From contig OZ242214.1 of NCBI GenBank assembly GCA_965206595.1, forward strand, positions 5,376,001-5,440,000: a stretch of 64,000 bases of DNA, given 5' to 3'. The notes under the pieces are model-generated. The model did no database searches and was not told the origin of the DNA. It saw nothing but the letters and a program-made list of their open reading frames with translations. This DNA comes from Candidatus Latescibacterota bacterium (GTDB taxonomy: Bacteria > Latescibacterota > UBA2968 > UBA8231). Positions 34,607 through 44,402 of this stretch are shown here, piece by piece; the stretch's first letter is position 1, and each line of letters begins with the position of its first letter. A program made the translations under genes and the position numbers.

Positions 34607-34948
34607 GGAACAGATAATCAGGTGTGCCGATCAGGGGAGGCCGGAATATGGTGCGCCGTGCGTCCGGGTCAGGCCCCCCGGGTCCGACGTTTGCGCAATA
34701 TGGCGTCCCGTTCGCCTTGGCGGAACAGGTATGAAAAGTACGTCAGATCCCGAAGCCCGCCACGGCCCGCGGCTGGCGGTGAGATCAGCAGCAGGTCTCG
34801 GATGTTGTAACAGGGCGGGGGTACGGTCCTCGACGCAGCCGGAAGCAGCGGCTCCTGCGGACAGCTGAAATGCCGGGGACGTGAATGGAGCGTGAGGGGA
34901 CAGTGGTTGGTAAAACAGCTGGGGTCCTGTTCCCGGAGTCGCGCGGAT

Positions 34949-35479
34949 TCAGGCCTCCCGGTTCAGCTGCCGGACGATTGCGTCCAAAACCCCGTTGACG
35001 AATGCGTAGGAGCGCTCGGAACCGTAGGCCTTTGCCAGCTCGACAGCCTCGTCGATCGACACTTTTTCCGGAATGTCGTCGAAGTGGATGATCTCGGCCG
35101 CGGCCTGCCTGAGAATGAGGGCGTCCAGTCGCGCAAGTCGCTTAAGGCTCCAGTTGGTCGCCGTGGCGGCGATCAGGCCGTCGAGCTCTCCCCGGTGACT
35201 CAGCGAGGTGCGCACCAGGGCCGCGGCGAAATCGAGATTGCCTCCGGCGATCCCACGCCGGGGTCCGAGATCGGCCAAGGCCCTCTCGGCGTCGCCGGGG
35301 GAGCTGGCTTCCCAGTATTGAACCTGCAGAGCCAGTTGCCGGGCGCCGTTACGGGTGTCGGCCAGCGGCTTGTCGGTCCAGGAGGGCTCTTCGTGCTCCG
35401 GGAAAAGGATGGCCGCCTCGCGGAACTCGCCGCCATCGGGGGTACGGGTGTTCACGGGATTCGTAAACCCGGAAGGCAC
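34949..35479 (-). CDS. nusB: Transcription antitermination factor NusB
   Basis: ARQLALQ, NWSLKRLA.LD..ILR, IDEAVELAK.YG, FVNGVLD; follows ribH; start uncertain. Confidence 0.93.
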   Translation of the reverse strand: MPSGFTNPVNTRTPDGGEFREAAILFPEHEEPSWTDKPLADTRNGARQLALQVQYWEASSPGDAERALADLGPRRGIAGGNLDFAAALVRTSLSHRGELDGLIAATATNWSLKRLARLDALILRQAAAEIIHFDDIPEKVSIDEAVELAKAYGSERSYAFVNGVLDAIVRQLNREA

Positions 35480-35516
35480 TGGCGGCCGGATTCACGCGGA
35501 AACGGGCGCGCAGGCA

Positions 35517-35984
35517 CTACGACAGCTCTGCCATCAGTGCCGCCATTTCGATGGCGTTCAGCGCCGCATCCCACCCCCGGTTTCCAGCGCGGCCCCCTGC
35601 CCGTGCCACCGCCTGGTCGACGTTGTCGGTAGTCAGGACCCCGAAGGTGACCGGGACGCCGGTATCGAGACCGACGCGGGAGATCCCGCGGGCGGTTTCC
35701 GCGGCTACGAAGTCGAAGTGGGGTGTATCCGAGCGTATGACGGCGCCGAGACAGATCACGACGTCGAACTTTCCGCTGCGCGCCAGTTTTTGCGCGACGA
35801 TGGGCAGCTCGAACGAGCCCGGGACCCAGAAGACCTCGATTTCCCCCTCGTCGCAGCCGTAGCGCTTCAACCCGCCGAGCGCGCCGTCGAGCAAGCGGCT
35901 GGTGATGGAGAGGTTGAAGCGGCTGACGACAACGGCGAAGGTGCGCCCCATGGCGTCGAGCCGTGGTTCATCCACCGCCGGCAT
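35517..35984 (-). CDS. ribH: 6,7-dimethyl-8-ribityllumazine synthase
   Basis: [29 protein letters not shown]. Confidence 0.96.
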   Translation of the reverse strand: MPAVDEPRLDAMGRTFAVVVSRFNLSITSRLLDGALGGLKRYGCDEGEIEVFWVPGSFELPIVAQKLARSGKFDVVICLGAVIRSDTPHFDFVAAETARGISRVGLDTGVPVTFGVLTTDNVDQAVARAGGRAGNRGWDAALNAIEMAALMAELS

Positions 35985-37251
35985 TTCCGGTCTCCTCTTG
36001 GGAGTCGCTGCCCTCCATCGGTTTCCGCAGGATGGTGATGTGGCCCAGTTTGTCGCGCTTGGTCTGCAGGTAGTGGATGTTGTGCGGGTTGGGCGACACG
36101 GAGATCGGCACCTGCTCTACGACGGTCAATCCGTAGCCCTCGAGACCGACCCGCTTGCGCGGGTTGTTGGTCAGGAAGCGGACGCGACGAAGGCCGAGGT
36201 CGAACAGAACCTGCGCGCCGACCCCGTAATCGCGCGCGTCGGCAGGGAGTCCAAGGGCGTGGTTGGCCTCGATGGTATCCAGCCCCTCCGCCTGCTGCAG
36301 CTCGTAGGCTTTCAGCTTGTGAATGAGACCGATACCGCGGCCCTCGTGGCTCTGGATGTAGACGATGACGCCCCGCCCCTCGGCGGCGATCATCTCGAAG
36401 GATCGCTCCAGCTGTTCGCCGCAGTCGCACAGGTAAGAGCCGAGGGCGTCTCCAGTCACACAGCAGGAGTGCATGCGCACCAGCGTATCCTCTTCGTCGA
36501 GCTCTCCCATCGCCAGCGCCAGGTAGGGCGAGCCGTCGACGAGGCTGCGGTAGGCGTAGGCCGTGAATTCTCCGTGCCGGGTCGGCAACCGGGCGCGCGC
36601 TTCGAGGGCGATCAGCTTCTCGGTGCGTCTGCGGTAGGCGATCAGGTCGCGGATCGTGGCGATCTTGAAGCCGTGGCGCTCCGCGAAGGAAAGCAGGTAG
36701 GGGGTGGGCGCCAGCTCTCCGTCGTCGTCGAGAATGGCAGCTATCAGGGCGACGGGCTGGCAATCGGCCATGGTCGCCAGGTCGACGGAAGCCTCGGTGT
36801 GTCCGGCCCGCCGCAAAATCCCCCCCGGTTGAGCCCGCAGCGGCGTGACGTGGCCTGGTTGCACGAAGTCGCCTGGTTGGGACCGCGGATCGGAAAGCCT
36901 GGCGACAGTCTTTGCGCGGTCTTGTGCGGAGACTCCGGTGCCCTGGACGTCCGCGGCGTTAACCGGGGTCATGATCGCCGCGCCGCGAGGCCCGGGGCCT
37001 CCGGTGTGGAACGTGTCGATCCCCAGCACCTCGAGGCGCTCCTGTCCCGCGGTGACGTACAGGGGACCGCCGCTGTGCCGGGCCATGAAGTTGATGGCTT
37101 CCGCGTCGGCGAGCTCGGCGACCATCACCAGCTCCCCCTCGCCCACCAGCTCGGCCCCGTCGATATCGGTGGCGCGCTCGTCGACAAGGACGATCATTCG
37201 CCCCGCCTGGAGCTCCTCCACTACTTCTTCGATGGTGTTGAAATCGGACAC
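35968..37251 (-). CDS. ribBA: RibBA fusion (DHBP-synthase-like domain plus GTP cyclohydrolase II)
   Basis: PGHV.PL, RAGHTEA; VRMHS.C.TGD..GS..CDCG.QL, EGRGIGL..KLKAY, D.RDYG.GAQ, LTNNP.K. Confidence 0.9.
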   Translation of the reverse strand: MSDFNTIEEVVEELQAGRMIVLVDERATDIDGAELVGEGELVMVAELADAEAINFMARHSGGPLYVTAGQERLEVLGIDTFHTGGPGPRGAAIMTPVNAADVQGTGVSAQDRAKTVARLSDPRSQPGDFVQPGHVTPLRAQPGGILRRAGHTEASVDLATMADCQPVALIAAILDDDGELAPTPYLLSFAERHGFKIATIRDLIAYRRRTEKLIALEARARLPTRHGEFTAYAYRSLVDGSPYLALAMGELDEEDTLVRMHSCCVTGDALGSYLCDCGEQLERSFEMIAAEGRGVIVYIQSHEGRGIGLIHKLKAYELQQAEGLDTIEANHALGLPADARDYGVGAQVLFDLGLRRVRFLTNNPRKRVGLEGYGLTVVEQVPISVSPNPHNIHYLQTKRDKLGHITILRKPMEGSDSQEETGNAGGG

Positions 37252-37330
37252 GACGCTGTCAGGGGGATTGCAGGTGCCGCTGGGAAGGACAGGTCAAAGG
37301 ATCGGCATCGAACCTCTCGGGCCGGCCATC

Positions 37331-37918
37331 TTAGGACTTCAGAAGGCGCGCCACGTAACGCGCCAAGACGTCGATTTCCAGGTTGACGGCATCTCCGGCT
37401 CGCCGCCTCGAAAGGTTCGTATGCCGAAAGGTATGGGGTATGATAGCGGCAGTAAAGGTGGTTCCGGAGACCTCGACGACCGTCAGGCTGATGCCGTCGA
37501 CGGCGATCGATCCCTTGCCGGCGACGAAGCGGCGAAGTCCGGTGGGCATCTCGACTTCGAGGATTCGGTTCTCGCCGTCGCGCTCGAAACGGTGCAGCGA
37601 TCCGACGCCGTCCACATGTCCCAGGACCACGTGACCCCCGAGCCGGCCGTCGGCCCTCATCGAGCGCTCGAGATTGACGGCATCCCCCGGATCCAGGGAG
37701 CCGAGGTTGGTGCGCCGCAGGGTCTCCTCAACGGATTCGACCCGGAAGCTGTCCTCCGCGCGCGCGACGACCGTCTGGCATGCCCCGTTTATGCTGATGC
37801 TGTCGCCGACCGCGATGCCATCGAGAGGGAGTTTCGAGGCGATTTCCAGGCGTTGGAAGGCCGTTTGGCGTTCCACGCTCCGAACCGTGCCGACTTCTTC
37901 GATCAGCCCTGTGAACAT
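37331..37918 (-). CDS. ribE: Riboflavin synthase
   Basis: MFTGLIEE, GDSISINGACQTV, VNLER, GGHVVLGHVDG, KGSIAVDGISLT. Confidence 0.96.
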   Translation of the reverse strand: MFTGLIEEVGTVRSVERQTAFQRLEIASKLPLDGIAVGDSISINGACQTVVARAEDSFRVESVEETLRRTNLGSLDPGDAVNLERSMRADGRLGGHVVLGHVDGVGSLHRFERDGENRILEVEMPTGLRRFVAGKGSIAVDGISLTVVEVSGTTFTAAIIPHTFRHTNLSRRRAGDAVNLEIDVLARYVARLLKS

Positions 37919-38997
37919 GGATAGAGCACTTTTCCCGAGATGAGCGCATCGTCGCCGAGCCGTTTCATTACCATTCGTTCGAGGGTGATTCCCTTGTCGA
38001 CCAGTTCGATCCCCAGGTCCCCCACGCCGCTGATCCCGGCGCCCAGCAGGCGCGGCGCCACGTAGAGCATCAACTCGTCGACGATCCGGTCGGCGAGCGC
38101 GGCGGTGGCCAGATCCCGGCCCCCTTCGATCAGCAGGCTGATCATGCCGCGCTTCCCGGCGGCTCGGACCAGACGGCGGAGGTCGACGCGGCCCGATTCG
38201 GCGGGGAAAGTCCAGATCTCCGCACCTGCGGCCTCGAACTCGCGCCGGCGCTCCTCCGGGATGGAGTCCGCGGTGATCAGCACTGCGGTCCCCCGCCTGA
38301 AGAGGGCCGCCCGCGGCGAGACCCGGAGTCTTCCGTCGACTACCATCGGCCGGGGGTCGAGGCCGGGCACGTGGCGAACCGTAAGCTCGGGATCGTCGGA
38401 AAGAACAGTCCCGGCCCCCACGACGACGCCGTCGACCCAGGAACGCCAGCGATGGGCGTGGCGGCGGGCCTGCTTGCCGGTGATCCAGCGTGAGGCGCCG
38501 GTTCTCGTGGCAATGCGCCCGTCGAGGCTCTGCGCCAACTTGAGGACGACCCACGGCTTTCCGGTCCGGCGGTGGGTCAGGAAAGCGGCGTTGTCCCGTT
38601 CCGCATCGGCGGCCAGGAGTCCTGACTGGACGTCGATTCCCCCATCGCGAAGGCGCGCGAACCCGCGTCCGCTCACCCGTTCGTCGGGATCTTCCAGGGC
38701 GCAGACGACGCGGCTGATCCCCGAAGCAACTACGGCCTCGGCACAAGGGGGGGTGGTTCCGTGATGGGCGCACGGCTCCAGGGTGACGTAGAGGGTGGCG
38801 TCCCGGCAGCGTTCTCCGGCCGCGGCCAGCGCCTCCGCCTCGGCGTGGGGTCCGCCCCGGTGGCGGTACGCCCCTTCCCCGATCACCTCACCGTCCCGCA
38901 CGACCACCGCCCCGACCAGGGCTCCCGGACTGACCCGCCCCCGCCCTCGCCTCGCCAGGGAAAGGGCGCGGCGCATGTGGAGCTGGTCCTCTTTCAC
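37903..38997 (-). CDS. ribD: Bifunctional riboflavin deaminase/reductase
   Basis: HAE, TLEPC.H.G.TPPC, K.AQSLDG, D.P.LTVR, LIEGG. Confidence 0.96.
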   Translation of the reverse strand: MKEDQLHMRRALSLARRGRGRVSPGALVGAVVVRDGEVIGEGAYRHRGGPHAEAEALAAAGERCRDATLYVTLEPCAHHGTTPPCAEAVVASGISRVVCALEDPDERVSGRGFARLRDGGIDVQSGLLAADAERDNAAFLTHRRTGKPWVVLKLAQSLDGRIATRTGASRWITGKQARRHAHRWRSWVDGVVVGAGTVLSDDPELTVRHVPGLDPRPMVVDGRLRVSPRAALFRRGTAVLITADSIPEERRREFEAAGAEIWTFPAESGRVDLRRLVRAAGKRGMISLLIEGGRDLATAALADRIVDELMLYVAPRLLGAGISGVGDLGIELVDKGITLERMVMKRLGDDALISGKVLYPCSQG

Positions 38998-41096
38998 TCG
39001 ACCTTCACGATCACCTGCCGGGATCCGATGTTGTCGAGCCGGTCCCAGGCCTGCACCGCGATCACGTGCTCGCCGGGTGTCAGGTTTTCCAGGGTGAAGC
39101 GGGCGTTCTCGCGGGGAGAGTCGAACATGCCGTCGGCCGGCTCTATCTGGTACACCGTTTCACCGTAATCAATGGAATACTGGGCGCGCCGGACTTCGCT
39201 GACGCGGTCGGTGATTTCCACCTCGACCTCCGGGGTGCGCTTACCCACGGCCCTCAGCTCGACCACCGGAGGGCTGTTGTCCAGAAGGAATGGGTCGCTG
39301 GTGCGCTCGTGCTGCAGGGCGCTTCCGGCCGGGTTGTCGGGGTGGTCGGAGACGACAAGCTTCAACTGCGTGCGTCCCTCGGGCATGTGCTCCGTGTCCC
39401 AGAGGAGGGAGTTCTGGACCGTGTTCTCCTTGACCAGCTTCCACTCCGACTGCCCGTCTCCGCGCAGGAAGATGTCATAGGCAAGCTTGTCCCCGTTGGG
39501 ATCGCGGGCCTGCCAGCGGACCATGCGCAGACTCTTGCGCTGCGCCGGCCGCCGCGGCTCCCTGCCCTGGCTCCCGGCCCTGGTCGCGTTCTGGTCGGAG
39601 GAGCCGTTGCCGCCGGACTGGCGCGGCCGGAACGGGAACGTCAGCAGCTCGACGATTCGCGGCGCCAGGTTGGTCTGCTGGGCGCTGAAGGCGACGCGCC
39701 GGATTTCCGGACTGGCGCCGCGGCCGGCGTGGAGGATGAGGCGGTACTGCAGGTAGCGCGCCGGCGGGCTGGTAATGGCGGTCCCCGTGCCTAGCTCCGG
39801 CGACCACTCGCTCCAGGTCGGGTCGGGATCGGCGCTGTTTCCCGAACGGGTCTGCACAGAAAGCCCGGTACCCGGCGGTGTTTCGGCGTCCCACTCGATG
39901 CGGCCCCACCGGGAGTTGAGCTCGAGGTCCTCCACCTGCGAGAGGAACTCCCCCTCATCGGCGAAATGCGGCGACAGCCTCCAGATGTCGCCCGACTGCG
40001 CCGCGCCGACGAACACGCCTCGCTCGCTTGCCAGGAGCCGGTTCGGGGACAGCGAATCGAGACGCGCCACAACCTCGAACTCACCTCGATCCGGGAACAG
40101 CCGCACCAGCTGACCGTCGCCACCGGCCGCGGCGAGGAAGCTGCCTGCCGCTTCCGGCTGCAAATCGAAAATCGGGGCGCTGGTCTGCCAGAGGGTCGTC
40201 AGGGCGCCGGTTGCGTGAACGAGCAGAACCGCCGACCGGGTCTTCTCCGCATCGGGTCCCGGGCTCTCGGAAAGGGCGCTGATCAGCAGCCGGCCCTCCT
40301 CGGCGGCGGCGATGCGGTTGACCTCGTCGAATGCGGTCTCGCAAACCAGGCGATGTTGGCTTGGTTCGGGCCCCAGCTCGTAGAGCCTGCCGGCATGGAC
40401 GTCGCCGCCGGCGTTCGTTTCCCCCCCGTTTTTTTCCGCGTCCTGGCGGGGTCCGGCGGTGGCGGCAAACAGGCGGTCTCCTCGGTGCAGTAACGCCATC
40501 ACATGCCGTTCGGAGCTGCTCCACAGGCTGTCGAGCCGGCCGTTGGCCGCGACCCGGACCACTCCGCCGGGCTCTCCGACCGCGGCAAGAACCCGCCCCT
40601 TTTCATCCAGGGCGAGATCCCACACGTAGCGGCTTCCGGTCTCGGCGGTAAGGACAGGGGCGCCGTCTTCGTCGAGCCGGTAGACGAGACCGCCGGGGGA
40701 GGTGCCGATTAACAGGTTTCCGCGGCGGTCGAAGAGGACGGCGTGAACGGCGACCTCCGGGGAGTCGTAAACCAGCTCGGCTTCCCCGGAGTCGCGGACG
40801 CGCACCACTTGGCCCCCGTCGCCGGTTCCGGCGTAGAGAAAGCCGTCGGGGCCGGCGGCCAGGGCCCATATCCGCTCGGCATCGAGGCCGGCCAATCGAA
40901 CCAGGGCCGGCGCGGCGCGCAGCACGCCCTCCGAGTCGATGCCGACTCCCCGTGCCCTGCCCGCGACAAAGTCCTCGAAGCTGCTGTGCGCCAGGTGCCG
41001 GGGGAGCACGGCGCCGGCGGTCGGGGGCAACAGCAGAGCCGCGGCAAGAGCGCAGATCAAAAAGCGGCGACGGGCAAGGGCGGGAGATCGTGTCAC
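38994..41096 (-). CDS. Large exported beta-propeller protein with C-terminal Ig/FN3-like domains
   Basis: Signal peptide; repeated IWALA...G.LYAGTG blades; TRSGNS..PD.TWSEWS; WQARDPNGD.L.Y; stop overlaps the ribD start. Confidence 0.75.
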   Translation of the reverse strand: MTRSPALARRRFLICALAAALLLPPTAGAVLPRHLAHSSFEDFVAGRARGVGIDSEGVLRAAPALVRLAGLDAERIWALAAGPDGFLYAGTGDGGQVVRVRDSGEAELVYDSPEVAVHAVLFDRRGNLLIGTSPGGLVYRLDEDGAPVLTAETGSRYVWDLALDEKGRVLAAVGEPGGVVRVAANGRLDSLWSSSERHVMALLHRGDRLFAATAGPRQDAEKNGGETNAGGDVHAGRLYELGPEPSQHRLVCETAFDEVNRIAAAEEGRLLISALSESPGPDAEKTRSAVLLVHATGALTTLWQTSAPIFDLQPEAAGSFLAAAGGDGQLVRLFPDRGEFEVVARLDSLSPNRLLASERGVFVGAAQSGDIWRLSPHFADEGEFLSQVEDLELNSRWGRIEWDAETPPGTGLSVQTRSGNSADPDPTWSEWSPELGTGTAITSPPARYLQYRLILHAGRGASPEIRRVAFSAQQTNLAPRIVELLTFPFRPRQSGGNGSSDQNATRAGSQGREPRRPAQRKSLRMVRWQARDPNGDKLAYDIFLRGDGQSEWKLVKENTVQNSLLWDTEHMPEGRTQLKLVVSDHPDNPAGSALQHERTSDPFLLDNSPPVVELRAVGKRTPEVEVEITDRVSEVRRAQYSIDYGETVYQIEPADGMFDSPRENARFTLENLTPGEHVIAVQAWDRLDNIGSRQVIVKVE

Positions 41097-41196
41097 TGAT
41101 ACCTCTCAAGGTTGGAGCGTCGCTTCTTTCCGCCGATCCATCCTGTTCCGGGCGGCGGCTGACATCTTTCCGGATTTGGTTTCATAAATACCGTTC

Positions 41197-42975
41197 TCAT
41201 TCGGCTGCGCGGCGTCCGATCTCCAGCGGCAGACTCCGTTCCCCGACAAGCGCGTACCGGGTGCGAATCTGGCTCCGCGCCACGACCCGCCCGCTGACCG
41301 CAGCCACGCGGCCACTCCCGGTGTCTGCAGACAACACGGCGTGAACCGACGGCGGTAGTCCCGGCAGCTCGCGGCCATCGACGCTCATCGCCGCCTCGGG
41401 GCGAAACAGCTCGACCACCAGATCGTCGTGGCGGGCGCTGCGGTTGAGCAACCGGACAAGCTGCTCGTTGTTGCGCGGTCGGAACCCGTCGGGCCGCCGT
41501 GCCATCTCCCAGGCCCGGGCACTGCGGCCGCTGCCGATCCGCACCTCGACAGGGCCGGAAACAGCGGTCCGCGGGACGCGTACTTCCAACACCCGTTCTT
41601 CTTCTGGTTGCCTGTGAGGGCGCAGCATCACGCGCACCGAAACCACGTCCCCCGGCGAGGCGGCGGACGCCGAAAGGAAGCGCGCTTCGACGATTTCGGC
41701 GCGCCGGGATTCCTCTGCGACCTCGACGGTGAGATCGAGCGAATCGACGCCGATGCGCTCGAAGGGGCCGCCTAGCGCCAGGCGCAACGGTTCGGCCAAC
41801 TCGCGGGCGGCGTCGAACACCGCGGCGCGGCCGGAGTACAGATCGGCGCGCTCGACGCGGGCACCGTTTTCGAGATACAGGGTCGCCCCTGAGATCAGGC
41901 TGGATTCCCCGGTCAGACTGGCAGCGGGTTCGAGAGCCGAGAGGATGACGACGCGTGCGAGAAAGGGGGTGAGCAGGTCGTGCCGCAGCAGCTCGAACGA
42001 AAAGCGCTCGCCCCCGGTTGTGCCGGATAGTTCGAGTGCCAGGGGCAACACCGCCGCCCGGGCGCCGGCAACGCCGGCAATGCCCGACCAGCGATCCTGG
42101 CGCACCGCCCCGATTGGGGCGCCGGCGGCACCCAGCTTGAACGAGGCGAACCGGCTCGCCATCACGCCGTGGATGCGGGCGCCGGAGAGCGGCAGGTCGA
42201 CGGCCCCAAGCTCGAGGAGGGGGTGTCCGAGACCGACGAGGCGGTCGCCGTCGCGGTGGGTGAGGGTGCCGATGGCGACGGCGCTGAAATCGCCGGTAAC
42301 GAACGGAACGCCCAACGCCGCCCCCGGTTGCAGAGGGCCGGCATCAACGGCCCCGGACTGTCCCCCCGCGGCCTGCCCGGAGGCGGTTGTGAAGCCGAAA
42401 TCAGCCATGAATTCGTCGAGCATCCGCGCCGCAGAAGGCGAGAAGCCGCTCAGCGAGAGGGGAGTCGCCAGCGGCTCGAAGCCCTCCTGCCGTGCCTGCC
42501 GGTCGTCGGGCCCAGTCCCTTTCTCGACAGTATCCGGCTCCCCATTCCCCTTCCCGGTCTCGAGGCTGCGCCCCATCACCGCCAGCATGTCGGCGATAGG
42601 GGTGATGCCACAAATCGGCTCCTTTGAAAACGCCCAGCCGAACGACACCGCTCCCAGCAGCCGGCCGTCGATGTACACGGGGCTGCCGCTCATGCCGCGA
42701 ATAACCCCGGTCTCCTCGAGTCCCGCCCCAGACAAGCGCGCGAGGATGAGGTTTTTCCCGGGACGGAGGCGGTTGCGCTCAAGACCGATGATCTCCACCC
42801 CGAAGGTGTCGATGGCGGTTCCGTGAAAGACGGATTTGCCGATCCCGGAGAGACCGGGGCGCACCTCATCCTGGGGATAAAACTCGACAGGCGAAGCGGC
42901 GCCCGCGCCCGCAAGGAACCAGAGGACAAGCGTTGCCGCCCGTCGGGTGGATAGCTGTAACTCTTTGTGCGGCAA
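41197..42975 (-). CDS. SpoIVB/peptidase S55-domain protein, exported
   Basis: Signal peptide; GVIRGMSGSPVYIDG.L.GAV, ITPI..M, A.GTLT...G..L.G.GHP. Confidence 0.85.
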   Translation of the reverse strand: MPHKELQLSTRRAATLVLWFLAGAGAASPVEFYPQDEVRPGLSGIGKSVFHGTAIDTFGVEIIGLERNRLRPGKNLILARLSGAGLEETGVIRGMSGSPVYIDGRLLGAVSFGWAFSKEPICGITPIADMLAVMGRSLETGKGNGEPDTVEKGTGPDDRQARQEGFEPLATPLSLSGFSPSAARMLDEFMADFGFTTASGQAAGGQSGAVDAGPLQPGAALGVPFVTGDFSAVAIGTLTHRDGDRLVGLGHPLLELGAVDLPLSGARIHGVMASRFASFKLGAAGAPIGAVRQDRWSGIAGVAGARAAVLPLALELSGTTGGERFSFELLRHDLLTPFLARVVILSALEPAASLTGESSLISGATLYLENGARVERADLYSGRAAVFDAARELAEPLRLALGGPFERIGVDSLDLTVEVAEESRRAEIVEARFLSASAASPGDVVSVRVMLRPHRQPEEERVLEVRVPRTAVSGPVEVRIGSGRSARAWEMARRPDGFRPRNNEQLVRLLNRSARHDDLVVELFRPEAAMSVDGRELPGLPPSVHAVLSADTGSGRVAAVSGRVVARSQIRTRYALVGERSLPLEIGRRAAE

Positions 42976-43006
42976 CTCAGTACAGTTTCATTTAGGGAAA
43001 GTGAAA

Positions 43007-43035
43007 AATCTAGCCGCCGGTCCGAAAACCGTCAA
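43007..43035 (-). promoter_or_regulatory. Sigma70 promoter for the S55/propeller/rib gene run
   Basis: TTGACG-N17-TAGATT. Confidence 0.6.
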
Positions 43036-43102
43036 GCTCCGCGAATGGGGATGTACCATCGCCATGGAAGCCGACCGACTTCCCCGAGAGGCACCGGGAT
43101 AC

Positions 43103-43132
43103 TTGACGCGAAGAATCAGGAGGTGGTACGCT
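43103..43132 (+). promoter_or_regulatory. Sigma70 promoter for ftsY
   Basis: TTGACG-N18-TACGCT with extended -10 TG. Confidence 0.55.
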
Positions 43133-43224
43133 TGCGGCTCACCCCGGGTTTGTGACTTCTCCACGGGCGCTCTCCCATTCCAACGGATCGCCCTGCAGGC
43201 ATTCTCCAAGCCTGAAGGCCGCAT

Positions 43225-44145
43225 TTGCCGAGTCTGCGCGACCGCTTTCGCAGCGGTCTTTCCAAAACGCGATCCCTGCTCCTCGACGGCATCACTGCCG
43301 CGATTTCGAGGGGGCCGGTCGACGAAGAATCTCTCGAGGAGATCGAGGCGATCCTGATCCAGGCGGACGTCGGGGTGGAGACAGCGACGGATATCGTCGA
43401 CACCCTGCGCGCCCGGCTGCGCTCGCAAGGGGGGGCTGGAGAGCTGTTTTCCGAGTTGCGGCAACAGCTCACGGCGATCGCGGCCGGCTCCGGTGCGGGG
43501 ACCTGCTCCCCGGCAGTCAGGCCTCACGTCATCCTCGTCGCCGGGGTCAACGGCGCCGGCAAGACGACGACCATCGGCAAGCTGGCGGCGCGCCACAGGG
43601 CCGAAGGCCGTTCGGTGCTGCTGGCGGCCTGCGACACCTTCCGCGCGGCCGCGGTGCCGCAGTTGGAGATTTGGGCCGAGCGCTCCGGGGCGGAAATCGT
43701 GCGCTCGCAGCAGGGGGCCGATCCCGCGGCCGTAGCTTTCGACGCCGCGGCTGCGGCCGCGGCGCGGGCGATCGACGTGCTGATCGTCGACACCGCCGGC
43801 CGCTTGCACACCAAGGTCAACCTGATGGAAGAGCTGAAGAAAGTGAAGCGCTCCCTCGGCAGGCAGCTGTCCGGCGCTCCCCACGAAACCCTGCTGGTGC
43901 TGGACGCCACCACCGGGCAGAACGCCCTCACCCAGGCGCGCGAGTTTCACGGCGCCGTCGGGGTCGACGGGATCGTGATCACCAAGCTCGACGGGACGGC
44001 CAAGGGGGGAATCGTTTTTGCCCTGAGGCGCGAGCTCGGCCTGCCGATTCGGATGATCGGTGTGGGTGAGCAGCTTGAGGATTTGCATCCGTTCGACGGC
44101 GAGGCCTTCGTGGAAGCGCTCCTTCCCGATTCCGCAGCGGGGTAG
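43225..44145 (+). CDS. ftsY: Signal recognition particle receptor FtsY (NG domain only)
   Basis: GLSKTR, GVNGAGKTTTIGKLA, DTFRAAA, DTAGRLH, TKLDGTAKGG, GVGE. Confidence 0.97.
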   Translation: MPSLRDRFRSGLSKTRSLLLDGITAAISRGPVDEESLEEIEAILIQADVGVETATDIVDTLRARLRSQGGAGELFSELRQQLTAIAAGSGAGTCSPAVRPHVILVAGVNGAGKTTTIGKLAARHRAEGRSVLLAACDTFRAAAVPQLEIWAERSGAEIVRSQQGADPAAVAFDAAAAAAARAIDVLIVDTAGRLHTKVNLMEELKKVKRSLGRQLSGAPHETLLVLDATTGQNALTQAREFHGAVGVDGIVITKLDGTAKGGIVFALRRELGLPIRMIGVGEQLEDLHPFDGEAFVEALLPDSAAG

Positions 44146-44171
44146 TTTCCTGCGCGCAACTCGGCGCGTGA

Positions 44172-44361
44172 ACCCGGCCCCGGTTGGATTGGATGGCAGT
44201 TCATCCACCAGGCCGTGCGTGTGGGTATCCTCCCAAAGTCTGGAGTCTTGCGGCGTTTTCCAGGTCGACGCGCACCCCTGTTGATTGACTCGATCGGGGC
44301 CCGGTGAACCGGGCTCCTGGGGGAAGGATTGGGGTGGCCAATCTCCGCGACAGGAGCCCGG
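44172..44361 (+). ncRNA. Candidate structured non-coding RNA, family not recognised
   Basis: Ungapped 28-position helix 44172-44199/44278-44305 (16 WC, 9 G-U, 3 mismatches) with nested stems; second hairpin 44309-44361. Confidence 0.5.
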
Positions 44362-44402
44362 CAAGCCGGCGACTCGGAGCTCCCTGCACGCAGGAACAGG
44401 CA

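Noticed and set aside
34607-34948. SecM-like leader peptide or ncRNA upstream of secA
   Set aside because: No credible minus-strand ORF with a signal peptide; the GGAAGCAGC match lacks SRP context.
44146-44402. Canonical SRP (4.5S) RNA next to ftsY
   Set aside because: The helix-8 CAGG-GNRA-AGCAG motif is absent on both strands; kept only as an unclassified RNA candidate.
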